A DNA stretch of 64,000 nt from Macrostomum hystrix (taxonomy: Eukaryota > Animalia > Platyhelminthes). This document shows positions 13,401 through 25,519 of the stretch, in pieces. The notes beneath the pieces were generated by a model. It was given only the letters and a program-made list of their open reading frames with translations, had not been told where the DNA came from and did no database searches. The position numbers and the translations under genes are program-made. Position 1 is the stretch's first letter. Each line of letters opens with the position of its first letter. The DNA lies in assembly GCA_950097015.1 (NCBI GenBank), contig CATNEN010000039.1:5828001-5892000 (forward strand). The letters are read 5' to 3'.

Positions 13401-16400
13401 TATTTGGCTTTCCAGTGTCTAGTATTTGGGTTTCCAGTGTCTAGTATTTGGGTTTCCAGTGTCTAGTATTTGGCTTTCCAGTGTCTGGTATTTGGGTTTC
13501 CAGTGTCTAGTATTTGGGTTTCCAGTGTCTAGTATTTGGGTTTCCAGTGTCTAGTATTTGGGTTTCCAGTGTCTAGTATTTGGGTTTCCAGTGTCTAGTA
13601 TTTGGGTTTCCAGTGTCTAGTATTTGGGTTTCCAGTGTCTGGTATTTGGGTTTCCAGTGTCTAGTATTTGGGTTTCCAGTGTCTAGTATTTGGCTTTCCA
13701 GTGTCTAGTATTTGGCTTTCCAGTGTCTAGTATTTGGGTTTCCAGTGTCTAGTATTTGGGTTTCCAGTGTCTAGTATTTGGGTTTCCAGTGTCTGGTATT
13801 TGGGTTTCCAGTGTCTAGTATTTGGGTTTCCAGTGTCTAGTATTTGGGTTTCCAGTGTCTAGTATTTGGGTTTCCAGTGTCTAGTATTTGGGTTTCCAGT
13901 GTCTAGTATTTGGGTTTCCAGTGTCTAGTATTTGGGTTTCCAGTGTCTGGTATTTGGGTTTCCAGTGTCTAGTATTTGGCTTTCCAGTGTCTAGTATTTG
14001 GCTTTCCAGTGTCTAGTATTTGGCTTTCCAGTGTCTAGTATTTGGCTTTCCAGTGTCTAGTATTTGGCTTTCCAGTGTCTAGTATTTGGGTTTCCAGTGT
14101 CTAGTATTTGGCTTTCCAGTGTCTAGTATTTGGCTTTCCAGTGTCTGGTATTTGGGTTTCCAGTGTCTAGTATTTGGGTTTCCAGTGTCTAGTATTTGGG
14201 TTTCCAGTGTCTGGTATTTGGCTTTCCAGTGTCTAGTATTTGGGTTTCCAGTGTCTAGTATTTGGGTTTCCAGTGTCTGGTATTTGGGTTTCCAGTGTCT
14301 AGTATTTGGCTTTCCAGTGTCTAGTATTTGGCTTTCCAGTGTCTAGTATTTGGCTTTCCAGTGTCTAGTATTTGGCTTTCCAGTGTCTGGTATTTGGGTT
14401 TCCAGTGTCTAGTATTTGGGTTTCCAGTGTCTAGTATTTGGGTTTCCAGTGTCTGGTATTTGGCTTTCCAGTGTCTAGTATTTGGGTTTCCAGTGTCTAG
14501 TATTTGGGTTTCCAGTGTCTAGTATTTGGCTTTCCAGTGTCTAGTATTTGGCTTTCCAGTGTCTGGTATTTGGGTTTCCAGTGTCTAGTATCTGGGTTTC
14601 CAGTGTCTAGTATTTGGCTTTCCAGTGTCTAGTATTTGGGTTTCCAGTGTCTAGTATTTGGGTTTCCAGTGTCTAGTATTTGGGTTTCCAGTGTCTAGTA
14701 TTTGGCTTTCCAGTGTCTAGTATTTGGGTTTCCAGTGTGTAGTATTTGGCTTTCCAGTGTCTAGTATTTGGCTTTCCAGTGTCTGGTATTGGGGTTTCCA
14801 GTGTCTAGTATTTGGCTTTCCAGTGTCTAGTATTTGGCTTTCCAGTGTCTGGTATTGGGGTTTCCAGTGTCTAGTATTTGGCTTTCCAGTGTCTAGTATT
14901 TGGGTTTCCAGTGTCTGGTATTTGGCTTTCCAGTGTCTAGTATTTGGGTTTCCAGTGTCTAGTATTTGGCTTTCCAGTGTCTAGTATTTGGGTTTCCAGT
15001 GTCTAGTATTTGGCTTCCCAGTGTCTAGTATTTGGCTTTCCAGTGTCTAGTATCTGGGTTTCCAGTGTCTAGTATTTGGCTTTCCAGTGTCTAGTATTTG
15101 GCTTTCCAGTGTCTAGTATTTGGCTTTCCAGTGTCTAGTATTTGGCTTTCCAGTGTCTAGTATCTGGCTTTCCAGTGTCTAGTATTTGGCTTTCCAGTGT
15201 CTAGTATTTGGGTTTCCAGTGTCTGGTATTTGGCTTTCCAGTGTCTAGTATTTGGGTTTCCAGTGTCTAGTATTTGGGTTTCCAGTGTCTAGTATTTGGC
15301 TTTCCAGTGTCTAGTATTTGGGTTTCCAGTGTCTGGTATTTGGGTTTCCAGTGTCTAGTATTTGGGTTTCCAGTGTCTAGTATTTGGCTTTCCAGTGTCT
15401 AGTATTTGGGTTTCCAGTGTCTAGTATTTGGCTTTCCAGTGTCTAGTATTTGGGTTTTCAGTGTCTAGTATTTGGCTTTCCAGTGTCTAGTATTTGGGTT
15501 TCCAGTGTCTGGTATTTGGGTTTCCAGTGTCTAGTATTTGGCTTTCCAGTGTCTAGTATTTGGGTTTCCAGTGTCTAGTATTTGGCTTTCCAGTGTCTAG
15601 TATTTGGCTTTCCAGTGTCTAGTATTTGGGTTTCCAGTGTCTAGTATTTGGGTTTCCAGTGTCTAGTATTTGGGTTTCCAGTGTCTAGTATTTGGCTTTC
15701 CAGTGTCTAGTATTTGGGTTTCCAGTGTCTAGTATTTGGGTTTCCAGTGTCTAGTATTTGGGTTTCCAGTGTCTAGTATTTGGGTTTCCAGTGTCTAGTA
15801 TTTGGCTTTCCAGTGTCTGGTATTTGAGTTTCCAGTGTCTAGTATTTGGGTTTCCAGTGTCTGGTATTTGGCTTTCCAGTGTCTAGTATTTGGGTTTCCA
15901 GTGTCTGGTATTTGGGTTTCCAGTGTCTAGTATTTGGGTTTCCAGTGTCTAGTATTTGGCTTTCCAGTGTCTAGTATTTGGGTTTCCAGTGTCTAGTATT
16001 TGGGTTTCCAGTGTCTGGTATTTGGCTTTCCAGTGTCTAGTATTTGGGTTTCCAGTGTCTGGTATTTGGGTTTCCAGTGTCTAGTATTTGGCTTTCCAGT
16101 GTCTGGTATTTGGGTTTCCAGTGTCTAGTATTTGGCTTTCCAGTGTCTAGTATTTGGCTTTCCAGTGTCTGGTATTTGAGTCATTCGTTTCGGATTTCCC
16201 CCAAACGAATTCGAGCTCGAAACCACAGGTTCCCCAGCTCACCCGCGCCATCGCCGTTTGAAGACGCGGCGAGCTCCAGGTCCCTGGCCAGCTGGTGGCT
16301 GACTAGCAGAAGGTCCAGCCACACCATCAGCAAGGCGGCGCAGTCCAGCCTGGCGGCTTTCATCCGGGACAACTTGTTGAATCCGATTCTGCAGGAGTTT

Positions 16401-18424
16401 CAACATTTCGGAGCTAGTAATGACTCGGAATGATTGCAAAGACAGTAACTTGGTTTTTGAACATCCTAGATCTCGTTTCTATTTTACAGTCTTGCAACCG
16501 AGTTGTTAAGGCGCTAGACTTAAGGCGATTTGAAGGTCGTGAGTTCGATTCCCGAATCAACTGGAAAAATTCGTGTCCACTGTAAAGACACTTTATCCAG
16601 CTGTTAAATAAGTACCAGAATCAGCTGGAGCAATGGAGAATGGGTGTTGCGTCCCCCAGTCCATGGACTAAACAGCCGTACGCAGCCTTCAGATGCGCAC
16701 GGCATCGCTGCGGCTGTGCATTCGGCCCAAGCTGGCAGGTGTAACAAATATTATACCTCTTTGCAATTGAATTCGCCGAAACAGCAAAACAATTCCCTAT
16801 AGAAGCCAACGTGGTCTAAAAATAGTAAGCCCATAGAAATTAAGCTAAAAGTCGAGATTGAATTCGCCGAAATTTCATTTGAATTCGCGTTACGCGCCAA
16901 TGGCTTGTATTCATTTAACAGGACAAAAAGCTTCGAAGGGGAAACAATCAAAGAGGAAACAAAGTTTGCGAACTGATGAAGAATGAAGTCAACCGAACGA
17001 TCAAAGAAAAGAGCAATCAATTATGCCCAAATGTCTTCATGATTCAAGCAGCGATTCAAGTAGGTTGCCGTGTGATCAGCCCACTGCAAGCACTTCTGCT
17101 GTGTGATCTCCTGTAGGGCGACCGTCACCTCACGTCTCAGAATTCCCATTCTCCAGGTGTGCAATGCGATGCCAAGGTTTGCTGCTGCAGCCGTATTGAG
17201 CAGTTCCGCACGAACTTCAGGCTGTGAGAGCAAGCGTCCGACGGCAGTCTTTAAGCAGGAGCCAGCCATCTCAGCCGCATTTAAAAAGGGCGAGTATGGA
17301 GCCAGCTGTTTGGTGGAATGACCTGCATCAAGCCCAGGAACATTGTTGTGAGCGCGAGCGCCATCATACACCGGAGTACATGGCTCGTCCACTAGCCCAT
17401 TTAACTCAGACAAAAATGCTGCGAAATGGCCGCTTGTGAACCCGCCATCCACCAGCGCATGGTGTACCAGACCCCATCGGGGTGAAACCGCCAGACAAAT
17501 TGTCAGGTTTCTCCCTCGTTGTCCGCTCGTAATCATAACGGCTCGTTCGCCTCTGGGTGCGCGAGCCCGACTCCTTGCTGTCCATAAATTCACTCCAAAC
17601 TCGTCCAAGAACACCAGATTCCCTCCCATACCGTCATTCAACATCCAACTCGCGAACTGCCACCGAGCCTCCTTCACCACGTCCGTGTTCCAGTTCGCAG
17701 TAATCTGACGACTGGCCTTTAGAGTGATGAGCTGGCAGTCAAGCATCCGACTGAGCGTTGAAAGACTTGGTGCCTGTTGGCCAGGATTCTGAGCCTGAAG
17801 GTGGTCTCTCATGCTGGCAAGGGTGACATTGGGGTTTCTTCAATCAGAAGCTTCACACTCTCAATCAGATCTTCAGTAAGCAGCTTCGGTCGTCCGCCTC
17901 CTCGGGGTAGTCTCTCAACAAGTCCCTCTGCAGCATATCGTTCATTAATACCCCTTGCCGTGCGCTTGTTGATTTCCAAGGTTTCAGCCAGCCGAATCCA
18001 ATCTCTGCCTTCATCATACGATCGTGTCAGGCGCAATCTATCCGTCATCGATACTGGCTTGTACAGTCCTCTCAGCATTTTGAAAACAGGATAGAGAAGG
18101 ACTGCCGAATTTAAATTGCTGCGATTTTAGCAACATATAGACACGTCACCAGTGCGAATTCAAATGAAATTTCGGCCAATTCAACCTCGACTTTTAGCTT
18201 AATTTCTATGGGCTTACTATTTTTAGACCACATTGGCTTCTATGGGGAATTGTTTTGCAGTTTCGGCGAATTCAATTGCAAAAAGATATATTTATTGCAT
18301 TAACTATTCTCTAATCTACAGCATGTATTCTAAACTCAATTTCAATCCCAATTTCGCAATGTACTCACTCAGAAATGGCCAAGGCGGTGCCGCAGTCCGC
18401 AGCGCTCGCATCGGCAACTGCCAT
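7452..18424 (-). CDS. Divergent Hv1-like voltage-sensor-domain protein (proton channel family); exons 18424-18369, 16388-16243, 13170-13109, 12816-12754, 12012-11874, 11462-11274, probable last exon 7540-7452
   Basis: Phase-consistent junctions give S1 LLMVWLDLLLVSHQLARDL, S2 FHAVMAFSVAFVLE, S3 EAVDALTSVVSCCLNL, S4 FGIGLRLLRVLQL and a C-terminal coiled coil RSERRQLARL...NKEKECLDLRSLI, colinear with HVCN1; no pore domain. First and last exons are less certain. Confidence 0.78.
7598..7745. repeat. 24-bp minisatellite (ttagacacggcctgtcaataccgg)
   Basis: About 5-6 imperfect copies. Confidence 0.8.
7762..8090 (-). mobile_element. SINE family A with (TTA)n tail
   Basis: Reverse complement of the 48124-48486 copy, with an internal deletion. 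Confidence 0.85.
9231..10228. repeat. 24-bp minisatellite (cagtgcctcagccatcccctgattctt-type)
   Basis: About 41 tandem copies. Confidence 0.97.
10665..11257. repeat. 15-bp minisatellite (atagagagtgacata) interrupted by a MITE
   Basis: Copies at 10665-10711 and 11079-11257. Confidence 0.9.
10712..11078. mobile_element. MITE with ~45-bp TIRs, TA target duplication and five internal 47-bp tandem repeats
   Basis: Left ttggtttgcaacttctatttcaaact vs reverse complement of right ttagttttcaacatctatttcaaact; TA at 10710-11 and 11079-80; 47-bp units start at 10823, 10870, 10917, 10964, 11011. Confidence 0.8.
11610..11830 (+). mobile_element. tRNA-derived CORE-type SINE, family B
   Basis: tRNA head (B box GGTTCGATTCC) followed by a CORE-like block gtaagactcttaactctgcactgcttccgttcacccagttgttaaatgagtacc. 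Confidence 0.8.
12234..12427. repeat. 17-bp minisatellite (ggaaaccatcaattcca)
   Basis: About 11 copies. Confidence 0.93.
12878..13108. repeat. 25-bp minisatellite (actcaacatgatgctcgaagccctg) x9 starting at a splice donor
   Basis: Identical copies; the terminal partial unit actcac is the GTGAGT donor of the Hv1-like exon 13170-13109. Confidence 0.95.
13276..16177. repeat. 20-bp satellite (tttccagtgtct(a/g)gtatttgg(g/c)), ~2.9 kb, filling an intron
   Basis: About 145 tandem copies. Confidence 0.98.
16497..16750 (+). mobile_element. SINE family B
   Basis: B box GAGTTCGATTCC; shared body cccccagtccatggactaaacagccgtacgcagccttcagatgcgc; 3' end ggcaggtgtaa. Confidence 0.8.
16754..18288 (-). mobile_element. 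IS630/Tc1-mariner superfamily DNA transposon, full length, ~135-bp TIRs, TA TSD
   Basis: 16754-16889 is inverted at 18154-18288; TA at 16752-53 and 18289-90; internal transposase. Confidence 0.93.
17021..18078 (-). pseudogene. IS630/Tc1-type transposase with one frameshift near 17815
   Basis: N-terminal HTH (LAETLEINKRTARGI..PRGGGRPKLL) in ORF 17809-18078; catalytic FLDE, YDGARAH, YSPFLNAAE in ORF 17021-17812. Confidence 0.88.
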
Positions 18425-18649
18425 CGCTGTATTGAAATTTCTGTAGAAAATATTTTGAAAGGCCGAGACTTCAGGTGTTTATCGGAGCGCCTCAATTCAG
18501 GATCTGGACGATCGCTTCTTGTTTAAATCCCCTCCCAGTCCCTGGGTGCTTTCAGCCAATCATAGGTGGACACGAAGACAACTGAGGGGACTAGCTTGCA
18601 CTTGATGTAAAAAGCCATGGGTGCTGATTAAAATCACTCAATACGAAAA

Positions 18650-18762
18650 GGGTTGTAGCTCAGTTGTTTGAGCATCAGACTCACAACTAAAAAGCTGGGG
18701 TTCGATTCCTGACTCCATTAGAACAAGTTGTGTCCATTAGCAACACACTTAACTCTACAGAG
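18650..18762 (+). mobile_element. SINE family B, 5' fragment
   Basis: gtagctcagttg A box, ggttcgattcc B box, then gtgtccattagcaacacacttaactct. Confidence 0.7.
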
Positions 18763-18795
18763 CTATGTTAATTGTCCTTGTCACCAGGGACCTTG

Positions 18796-19680
18796 TTACT
18801 GAATATCCTGAATATCCTTGTTACTGAATAACTTACTGAATGACTTACTGAATGACTTACTGAATGACTTACTGAATGACTTACTCAATGACTTACTCAA
18901 TGACTTACTCAATGACTTACTCAATGACTTACTCAATGACTTACTCGATGACTTACTCAATGACTTACTGAATGACTTACTGAATGGCTTACTCAATGAC
19001 TTACTGAATGACTTACTCAATGACTTACTGAATGACTTACTGAATGACTTACTGAATGACTTACTGAATGACTTACTGAATGACTTACTGAATGACTTAC
19101 TGAATGACTTACTGAATGACTTACTGAATGACTTACTGAATGAATTACTGAATGACTTACTGAATGACTTACTCAATGACTTACTGAATGACTTACTCAA
19201 TGACTTACTGAATGACTTACTCAATGACTTACTGAATGACTTACTCAATGACTTACTGAATGACTTACTCACTGACTTACTGAATGACTTACTGAATGAC
19301 TTACTCACTGACTTACTGAATGACTTACTCAATGACTTACTGAATGACTTACTGAATGACTTACTGAATGACTTACTCAATGACTTACTGAATGACTTAC
19401 TGAATGACTTACTCAATGACTTACTCAATGACTTACTGAATGACTTACTCAATGACTTACTGAATGACTTACTCAATGACTTACTGAATGACTTACTCAA
19501 TGACTTACTGAATGACTTACTCACTGACTTACTGAATGACTTACTGAATGACTTACTCACTGACTTACTGAATGACTTACTCAATGACTTACTGAATGAC
19601 TTACTCAATGACTTACTGAATGACTTACTGAATGACTTACTGAATGACTTACTGAATGACTTACTGAATGACTTACTCAT
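18796..19680. repeat. 12-bp minisatellite (act(g/c)aatgactt)
   Basis: About 70 copies. Confidence 0.97.
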
Positions 19681-20304
19681 TTGCTAAATCTGAGCAAATC
19701 AGCTAAAATTCACTGCTTAATTGGAAATGAATTGCCTTAATCGCCGAAGTCAGTCTCAAAAAAATTTTAGAGCATGAAAATGGTGTCCTTCATCAATTAC
19801 ATTTCCCTAGTTCAAAGGCCTACCTCTGCAGTTTCCTAGCAGCAGTGGGGCCCGCAACACACTAAAGTGCATCACAGATCAAAGCAGTCATTTCACAAAA
19901 ACGAGCAGGTTTTAATCGACCAAGAACAATCGATGTGCGGTGACGCGGGGCAGCCAGCCAGCCGCTGGAAACTCTATGTCGGAGGATGCGTGAGCTCCTT
20001 GCTCAACCGTCTCTGAGCAGTCCTTACAGCTCTCAGGTCATGTGACTAAATGCTCAGATCAAAAATGATCCCCATTCCCAATGGACTGCAGATTTTTATG
20101 TAGCTTGAAAAAGGGTAGCTTACTCAACTTTCTTTAGCGTTGGCATGGCAACCCTGTTCGGATTAGGTTAATACTTGACTATTCTTTCGTGCCCTTTTGG
20201 TACTGGCTAAAGGCTAATGGGCTAGTGGGAAAACAAGTTTGTGAGTTGAAATATAGTTTAAGTAGGTGGGTATATGCACGTATAATGGCAATGATGTAAA
20301 TTAA

Positions 20305-20620
20305 TATTCTAATAATTATACACCAGACCTGCAGCCAGCGAGGAGGCAATTCTGCCTATTCCGCTGACTCCTGAGCACACACGCACACAGACACTGTACG
20401 CAGGCACACACTCACACAGGTGTGTACATCTGCCCTGACTTTCTCATCGTCTGGCAGGGAACACTCTCACTGTGCCTTGGAGGTTGGCCCTAATGGCGTA
20501 AATTGTACGACAAGCCCCCAGCCTTCTCTCCGTGGCTGCGCCCGAAATGAATGTGGCCTCGCCGCGGAATCGAGCTCGGGGACTTTGATGCGAGAGGCAA
20601 ACGCGTTAGACTGCTCACCC
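20305..20620 (-). mobile_element. SINE family A
   Basis: Reverse-complement match to the family A head and body. Confidence 0.85.
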
Positions 20621-21241
20621 CATGGTTACGTAAATACGAGTAAGTATTATTCTTATACTACTGACATGTGCAGTTAGGTGAGTAGGCAGTTGCAGAAATG
20701 AATGAATGAGCACCCCTTCATCACATCTGAGCAACACTAGCTGTTGGATGGCGATCCCGCTGTAAGAAACCGGAATTTTCTGAATCCCAAGTACAGTGCA
20801 TCCACCTCCGCTCCCTCATCACTGTCTCCCCCAGCGAATCCTCCCCGGTTACCTATCCTCAGTCACATTGTAGTCAGACGCGTTCTTAGAATGTACTTTG
20901 GCCTCGCCCCGGGGTAGCGCTAATCGCTTGTACAGACAAGGTGGGCAGGTTCTGGCAAGACAAACATAGGTGACGATTTTCTAATAGATCTGATAACAAA
21001 CCAGTTTGAATGAATTTAGATTAATTATAGTGAGCTCTGTTAGCTTGAGCTGAGGGCTTGTCTGAGTTGTAGATAAACTGTTACTATAAGCTGTTATTCA
21101 ACTCTCACCTGCCTATGAGCACAGCTTTCCCCGTGTGGGGTAGAATAAACATTGTACAGGATAGGCTCAGGCTAAATCCCTTTCTCCACTGCTCTCCCCC
21201 TGAGTTCCCCTCTTCCCCTTGCCCCCTTAAACAATTCTCAG

Positions 21242-23442
21242 CCGCACCCACAACTGCCTGACCTCACTGTGGATTTGGCAGACCTGCAGGCTTCGATTCC
21301 CTATTCGGCTCAACTCCGCAATCCGCACCCCGGAATGGCTAGTGTAGCTAGTCACAATCAAACTCTCAACCTGACATCTGTTCAAATCCTTCGAGAGCCC
21401 AACAGCTTGGATGGCAGATCCAACGTAAGCAGCATTCTGACAGCAGTAGCCAACAAGACCCTCAGCGTGCTGACGAATGCAACCCAAAAGGTTAGGACTG
21501 CAACCACCGCCTCCACACCGATGGAGGATCTGGCACTGCCGATCGAGGAGGTGAGCCTGAGCGATTCCCCAGCTGACATCAGCCACTGAACACACACCCC
21601 AGCTGACATCAGCCACTGACACACACACCCCAGCTGACATCAGCCACTGACATCCCAGCTGACATCAGCCACTGACACCCCAGTTGACATCAGCCACTGA
21701 CACACCGGCTGACATCAGCCACTGACACACCGGCTGACACCAGTCACTGACACACAAGCTGACATCAGCCACTGACACATACACCCCAGCTGACATCAGC
21801 CACTGACATCCCAGCTGACATCAGCCACTGACACCCCAGCTGACATCAGCCACTGACACACCGGCTGACATCAGCCACTGACACACCGGCTGACACCAGT
21901 CACTGACACACAAGCTGACATCAGCCACTGACGCACCAGCTGACATCAGCCACTGACACACCGGCTGACATCAGCCACTGACACACCGGCTGACATCAGC
22001 CACTGACACACAAGCTGACATCAGCCACTGACACACCAGCTGAAATGAGCCAATGACACACCAGCTGACATCAGCCACTGACACACACACCCCAGCTGAC
22101 ATCAGCCACTGACACACACACCCTAGCTGACATCAGCCACTGACACATACACCCCAGCTGACATCAGCCACTGACATCCCAGCTGACATCAGCCACTGAC
22201 ACCCCAGCTGACATCAGCCACTGACACACCGGCTGACATCAGCCACTGATACACCGGCTGACACCAGTCACTGACACACAAGCTGACATCAGCCACTGAC
22301 GCACCAGCTGACATCAGCCACTGACACACCGGCTGACATCAGCCACTGACACACCGGCTGACATCAGCCACTGACACCCCAGCTGACATCAGCCACTGAC
22401 ACACACACCCCAGCTGACATCAGCCACTGACACACACACCCCAGCTGACATCAGCTACTGACAAACCAGCTGACTGCAAGACATTCAATTATAGAGCTCC
22501 AGAACCTTGGCGCCACCGTCGCGACCACCGCCAGCGCAACAGCCGCTGTTTCCAGAGTCAACAGAGGCGGAGAAGTCGGCTGCCCTGGCCATGGTCGGCT
22601 GTCTCCTGGCTGCAATGATCGTCTTCACAATCGCGTACGTCATCTACCAGCGCTACACCTGCAAGGTGTCACGGCGCCAAAAGAAGGTTTGAAGAAGGTT
22701 TTTACTTTTTGTCAGGTTTGTTTGACTTTGTAATCGGAGCTAACAGGTTGTTGCTAGATCTCACATTCTGGCAAGACAATTTTCACACCGATGCAAATTA
22801 TTGTCTCTCAGAGCAATGCGCCAATGAAGAGCCTGCCGATGAAGCAGTCCACTACGGCTATGACCATTGCCGGTGAGCATCATGCGGTCAGCGAGGCTCT
22901 GGTGCAGCAGGCGGCGACATCAAAGACAGCGCCACCTCATAGTCAGCAGCGTGAGTGAGTTACCTGGTTTGGTGCTGGTGCTCTGTATTCGGTTTTCAGC
23001 ATTTTTTATTTGCTGAGTGATTGGCCGGTTTGAATTGACACTTACTACTTTCGCGGGAGGCTCTCGTTTGGACTTCTCATGCTATTTACGCCCATGAGGG
23101 CCAACCCCCGGGGGTACACACCTGCCCCTATAGGACCCGTGAGTGGCAGGCAGCACAGCCGCAGCTATTGCGCGGCGCATCTGAAGGCCGTGTACAGCTG
23201 TTCAGTCCATGGACTGCGGGGGGGGCGAACCTCGATTGCTTCAGCTGATGCTGGTACCCATTTAATAGATGGGTGAACTTGAACAGTGCCCTGCTCAACG
23301 GGATTCGAACCCCCGACTCTCGGTCAAAAGCCAGCTGATCCATTTGTTACCAATCAAAACTCAATCTGCAGACCAGTCGTTGGCTAAGAAGTGGTACAAC
23401 TCCGCAATTCTTCAGTACGCCGACCAGAGCCCGAAAATTTGA
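21242..23442 (+). CDS. Single-pass membrane glycoprotein of unknown family (start exon not determined); exons 21242-21550, 22495-~22686, 22812-22950, 23372-23442
   Basis: Phase-consistent junctions; S/T-rich ectodomain with NQT, NLT, NVS, NKT, NAT sequons; TM AALAMVGCLLAAMIVFTIAYVIY followed by a basic stop-transfer segment. Confidence 0.65.
21569..22474. repeat. ~22-28-bp minisatellite (cagctgacatcagccactgaca(ca)n) filling an intron
   Basis: About 36 copies. Confidence 0.95.
23100..23345 (-). mobile_element. SINE family B
   Basis: Matches 34222-34515; B box ggattcgaaccc on the plus strand. Confidence 0.8.
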
Positions 23443-24071
23443 CGCGCGCCTGTCAGTCATTGTTCTCTGCTAGAAATTTTTACAATTGACTGCGAAATAG
23501 AATTTAAAATGGCAGTTGCATGCAAGACATCTTAGCACAGTCTGTTTGCTCTAGAGCTACTATTAGTAGAAAGCAACGTGCGCATCTGGCTGTTTTAGAA
23601 AAGTATACAAAAATAAATCATTTATAACGAACTCAAAGCTTTGAATTTACGTGTATATTCACTGCCGCACATTCCAATTCGTTATATAGTTTCACTGATC
23701 TTTGCTTTGTGTTTTTCTCTTTGTTCTTTATACTTTATTGTCCAGCACTTTGCACTGTGTCAAAGCTTTGCCCCATTCATTTGGACGCATGCACTCATAT
23801 AGTACTGAAAGTAGGTAATTTAGTAAACAATTTATAATTCCAGCCAAACAATTATCGATTTTGTTCAATATTCAGAATGTACTTTACGTTGTTGTGTAAA
23901 CGAGCTTTTAACGGCAATAAATTTATTAGCGTGTCAAACCGCCGTGCGACAATTTATTAACATTGAGTGTAGTTGATTGAGAGACTTATTATTTATTATC
24001 TTGACACTACATTTTTTATCTTCTAAAAAGGAACATCAGTTTGTCTCTTATTAAAGGGGGTATTGCCTGGT

Positions 24072-24274
24072 GTGGGGACATTGGTTGTCTGCTGGGGAAA
24101 TACATTGGTTTTTATGTTGCTGGGGGACATTAGTTCTCTGCTGCTGGGGGACATTAGTTCCCTGTTGCTGGGGGACATTAGTTCTCTGTTGCTGGGGGAC
24201 ATTAGTTCTCTGTTGCTGGGGGACATTAGTTCTCTGTTGCTGGGGGACATTAGTTCTCTGTTGCTGGGGGACAT
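24072..24274. repeat. 24-bp minisatellite (ctgttgctgggggacattagttct)
   Basis: About 7-8 copies. Confidence 0.9.
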
Positions 24275-24285
24275 TTTTGTTGAAG

Positions 24286-24431
24286 TCCTAGTTGATCCTA
24301 GTTGATCCTAGTTGATCCTAGTTGAATCCTAGTTGAATCCTAGTTGATCCTAGTTGATCCTAGTTGAATCCTAGTTGATCCTAGTTGATCCTAGTTGAAT
24401 CCTAGTTGATCCTAGTTGATCCTAGTTGAAT
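24286..24431. repeat. 10/11-bp repeat (tcctagttga(a))
   Basis: About 14 copies. Confidence 0.9.
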
Positions 24432-24436
24432 CCGAG

Positions 24437-24522
24437 TACGCAGCCTTCAGCAATCAGCAATTGCTGCGGCTGTGCTGTCGGTTGTACTCGTACAAGTGAC
24501 CCGATCAGGGCAGGTGTAATTA
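24437..24522 (+). mobile_element. SINE family B, 3' fragment
   Basis: gtacgcagccttcag...gctgcggctgtgctgtcgg...gggcaggtgtaat. Confidence 0.65.
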
Positions 24523-25067
24523 AGTATTCTTAAATATACAAATATTTCTACAAATAAATCACGAAAATCAAGTGAATTCCTATTTCACCCTGGTTCATGA
24601 AGGCGAAATCGAGATATACCTGCAGGCAACTCAAACTGGGAGGGCAATCGATTTGCAATAAGGCTAGGTGCAAAACAGAATATGTCACCTGCCCACCCGC
24701 CTCGTCAAGGACAATTCAGCCCCGAGTGTGATCAGGTGAGTTGCCTAGACAGACAAAAATAGACAAAGAATTCTCGCACGCAAGCCTGCAGGTCCAGCTT
24801 CCGACCAATGTCCCTCATCCTCGCCCTAATCCAGTTTTCAACCAAAACACCTGCTTGTCGAGGCTAATTCCGCTACTTCACCCGCTGTTTGAGCATTTCC
24901 CAACACCGCCTCGGCATTCCTGGCGACTTGTTTCTGGGATAAATTTTCTGAGCCGGCGTCACGCATCGAATGGGGTAGTTCTGCGAGTTTAATTTAGGAA
25001 TTCAGAGTCTCAGATCACGACTCAAACGATGACAACTGAGCTAATGAAAACATATAATTTCTTTGTT

Positions 25068-25519
25068 TCAGCGTTAGCGTCAGCGTTAGCGTCAGCGTTA
25101 GCGTCAGCGTTAGCGTCAGCGTTAGCGTCAGCGTTAGCGTCAGCGTTAGCGTCAGCGTTAGCGTCAGCGTTAGCGTCAGCTTTAGCGTCAGCGTTAGCGT
25201 CAGCGTTAGCGTCAGCGTTAGCGTCAGCGTTAGCGTCAGCGTTAGCGTCAGCGTTAGCGTCAGCGTTAGCGTCAGCGTTAGCGTCAGCGTTAGCGTCAGC
25301 GTTAGCGTCAGCGTTAGCGTCAGCGTTAGCGTCAGCGTTAGCGTCAGCGTTAGCGTCAGCGTTAGCGTCAGCGTTAGCGTCAGCGTTAGCGTCAGCGTTA
25401 GCGTCAGCGTTAGCGTCAGCGTTAGCGTCAGCGTTAGCGTCAGCGTTAGCGTCAGCGTTAGCGTCAGCGTTAGCGTCAGCGTTAGCGTCAGCGTTAGCGT
25501 CAGCGTTAGCGTCAGCGTC
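25068..25519. repeat. Near-perfect 12-bp repeat (tcagcgttagcg)n
   Basis: About 37 copies with one substitution. Confidence 0.97.

Noticed and set aside
16820-16828. ccatagaa inside the Tc1/IS630 TIRs (mirrored near 18205)
   Set aside because: Internal to an ordinary DDE TIR; not counted as part of the CCATAGAC clusters
18796-19687. Long ORFs (LLND)n/(SKSF)n and similar ORFs at 25015-25548, 29124-29720 and 13245-16180
   Set aside because: Translation artefacts of stop-free tandem repeats
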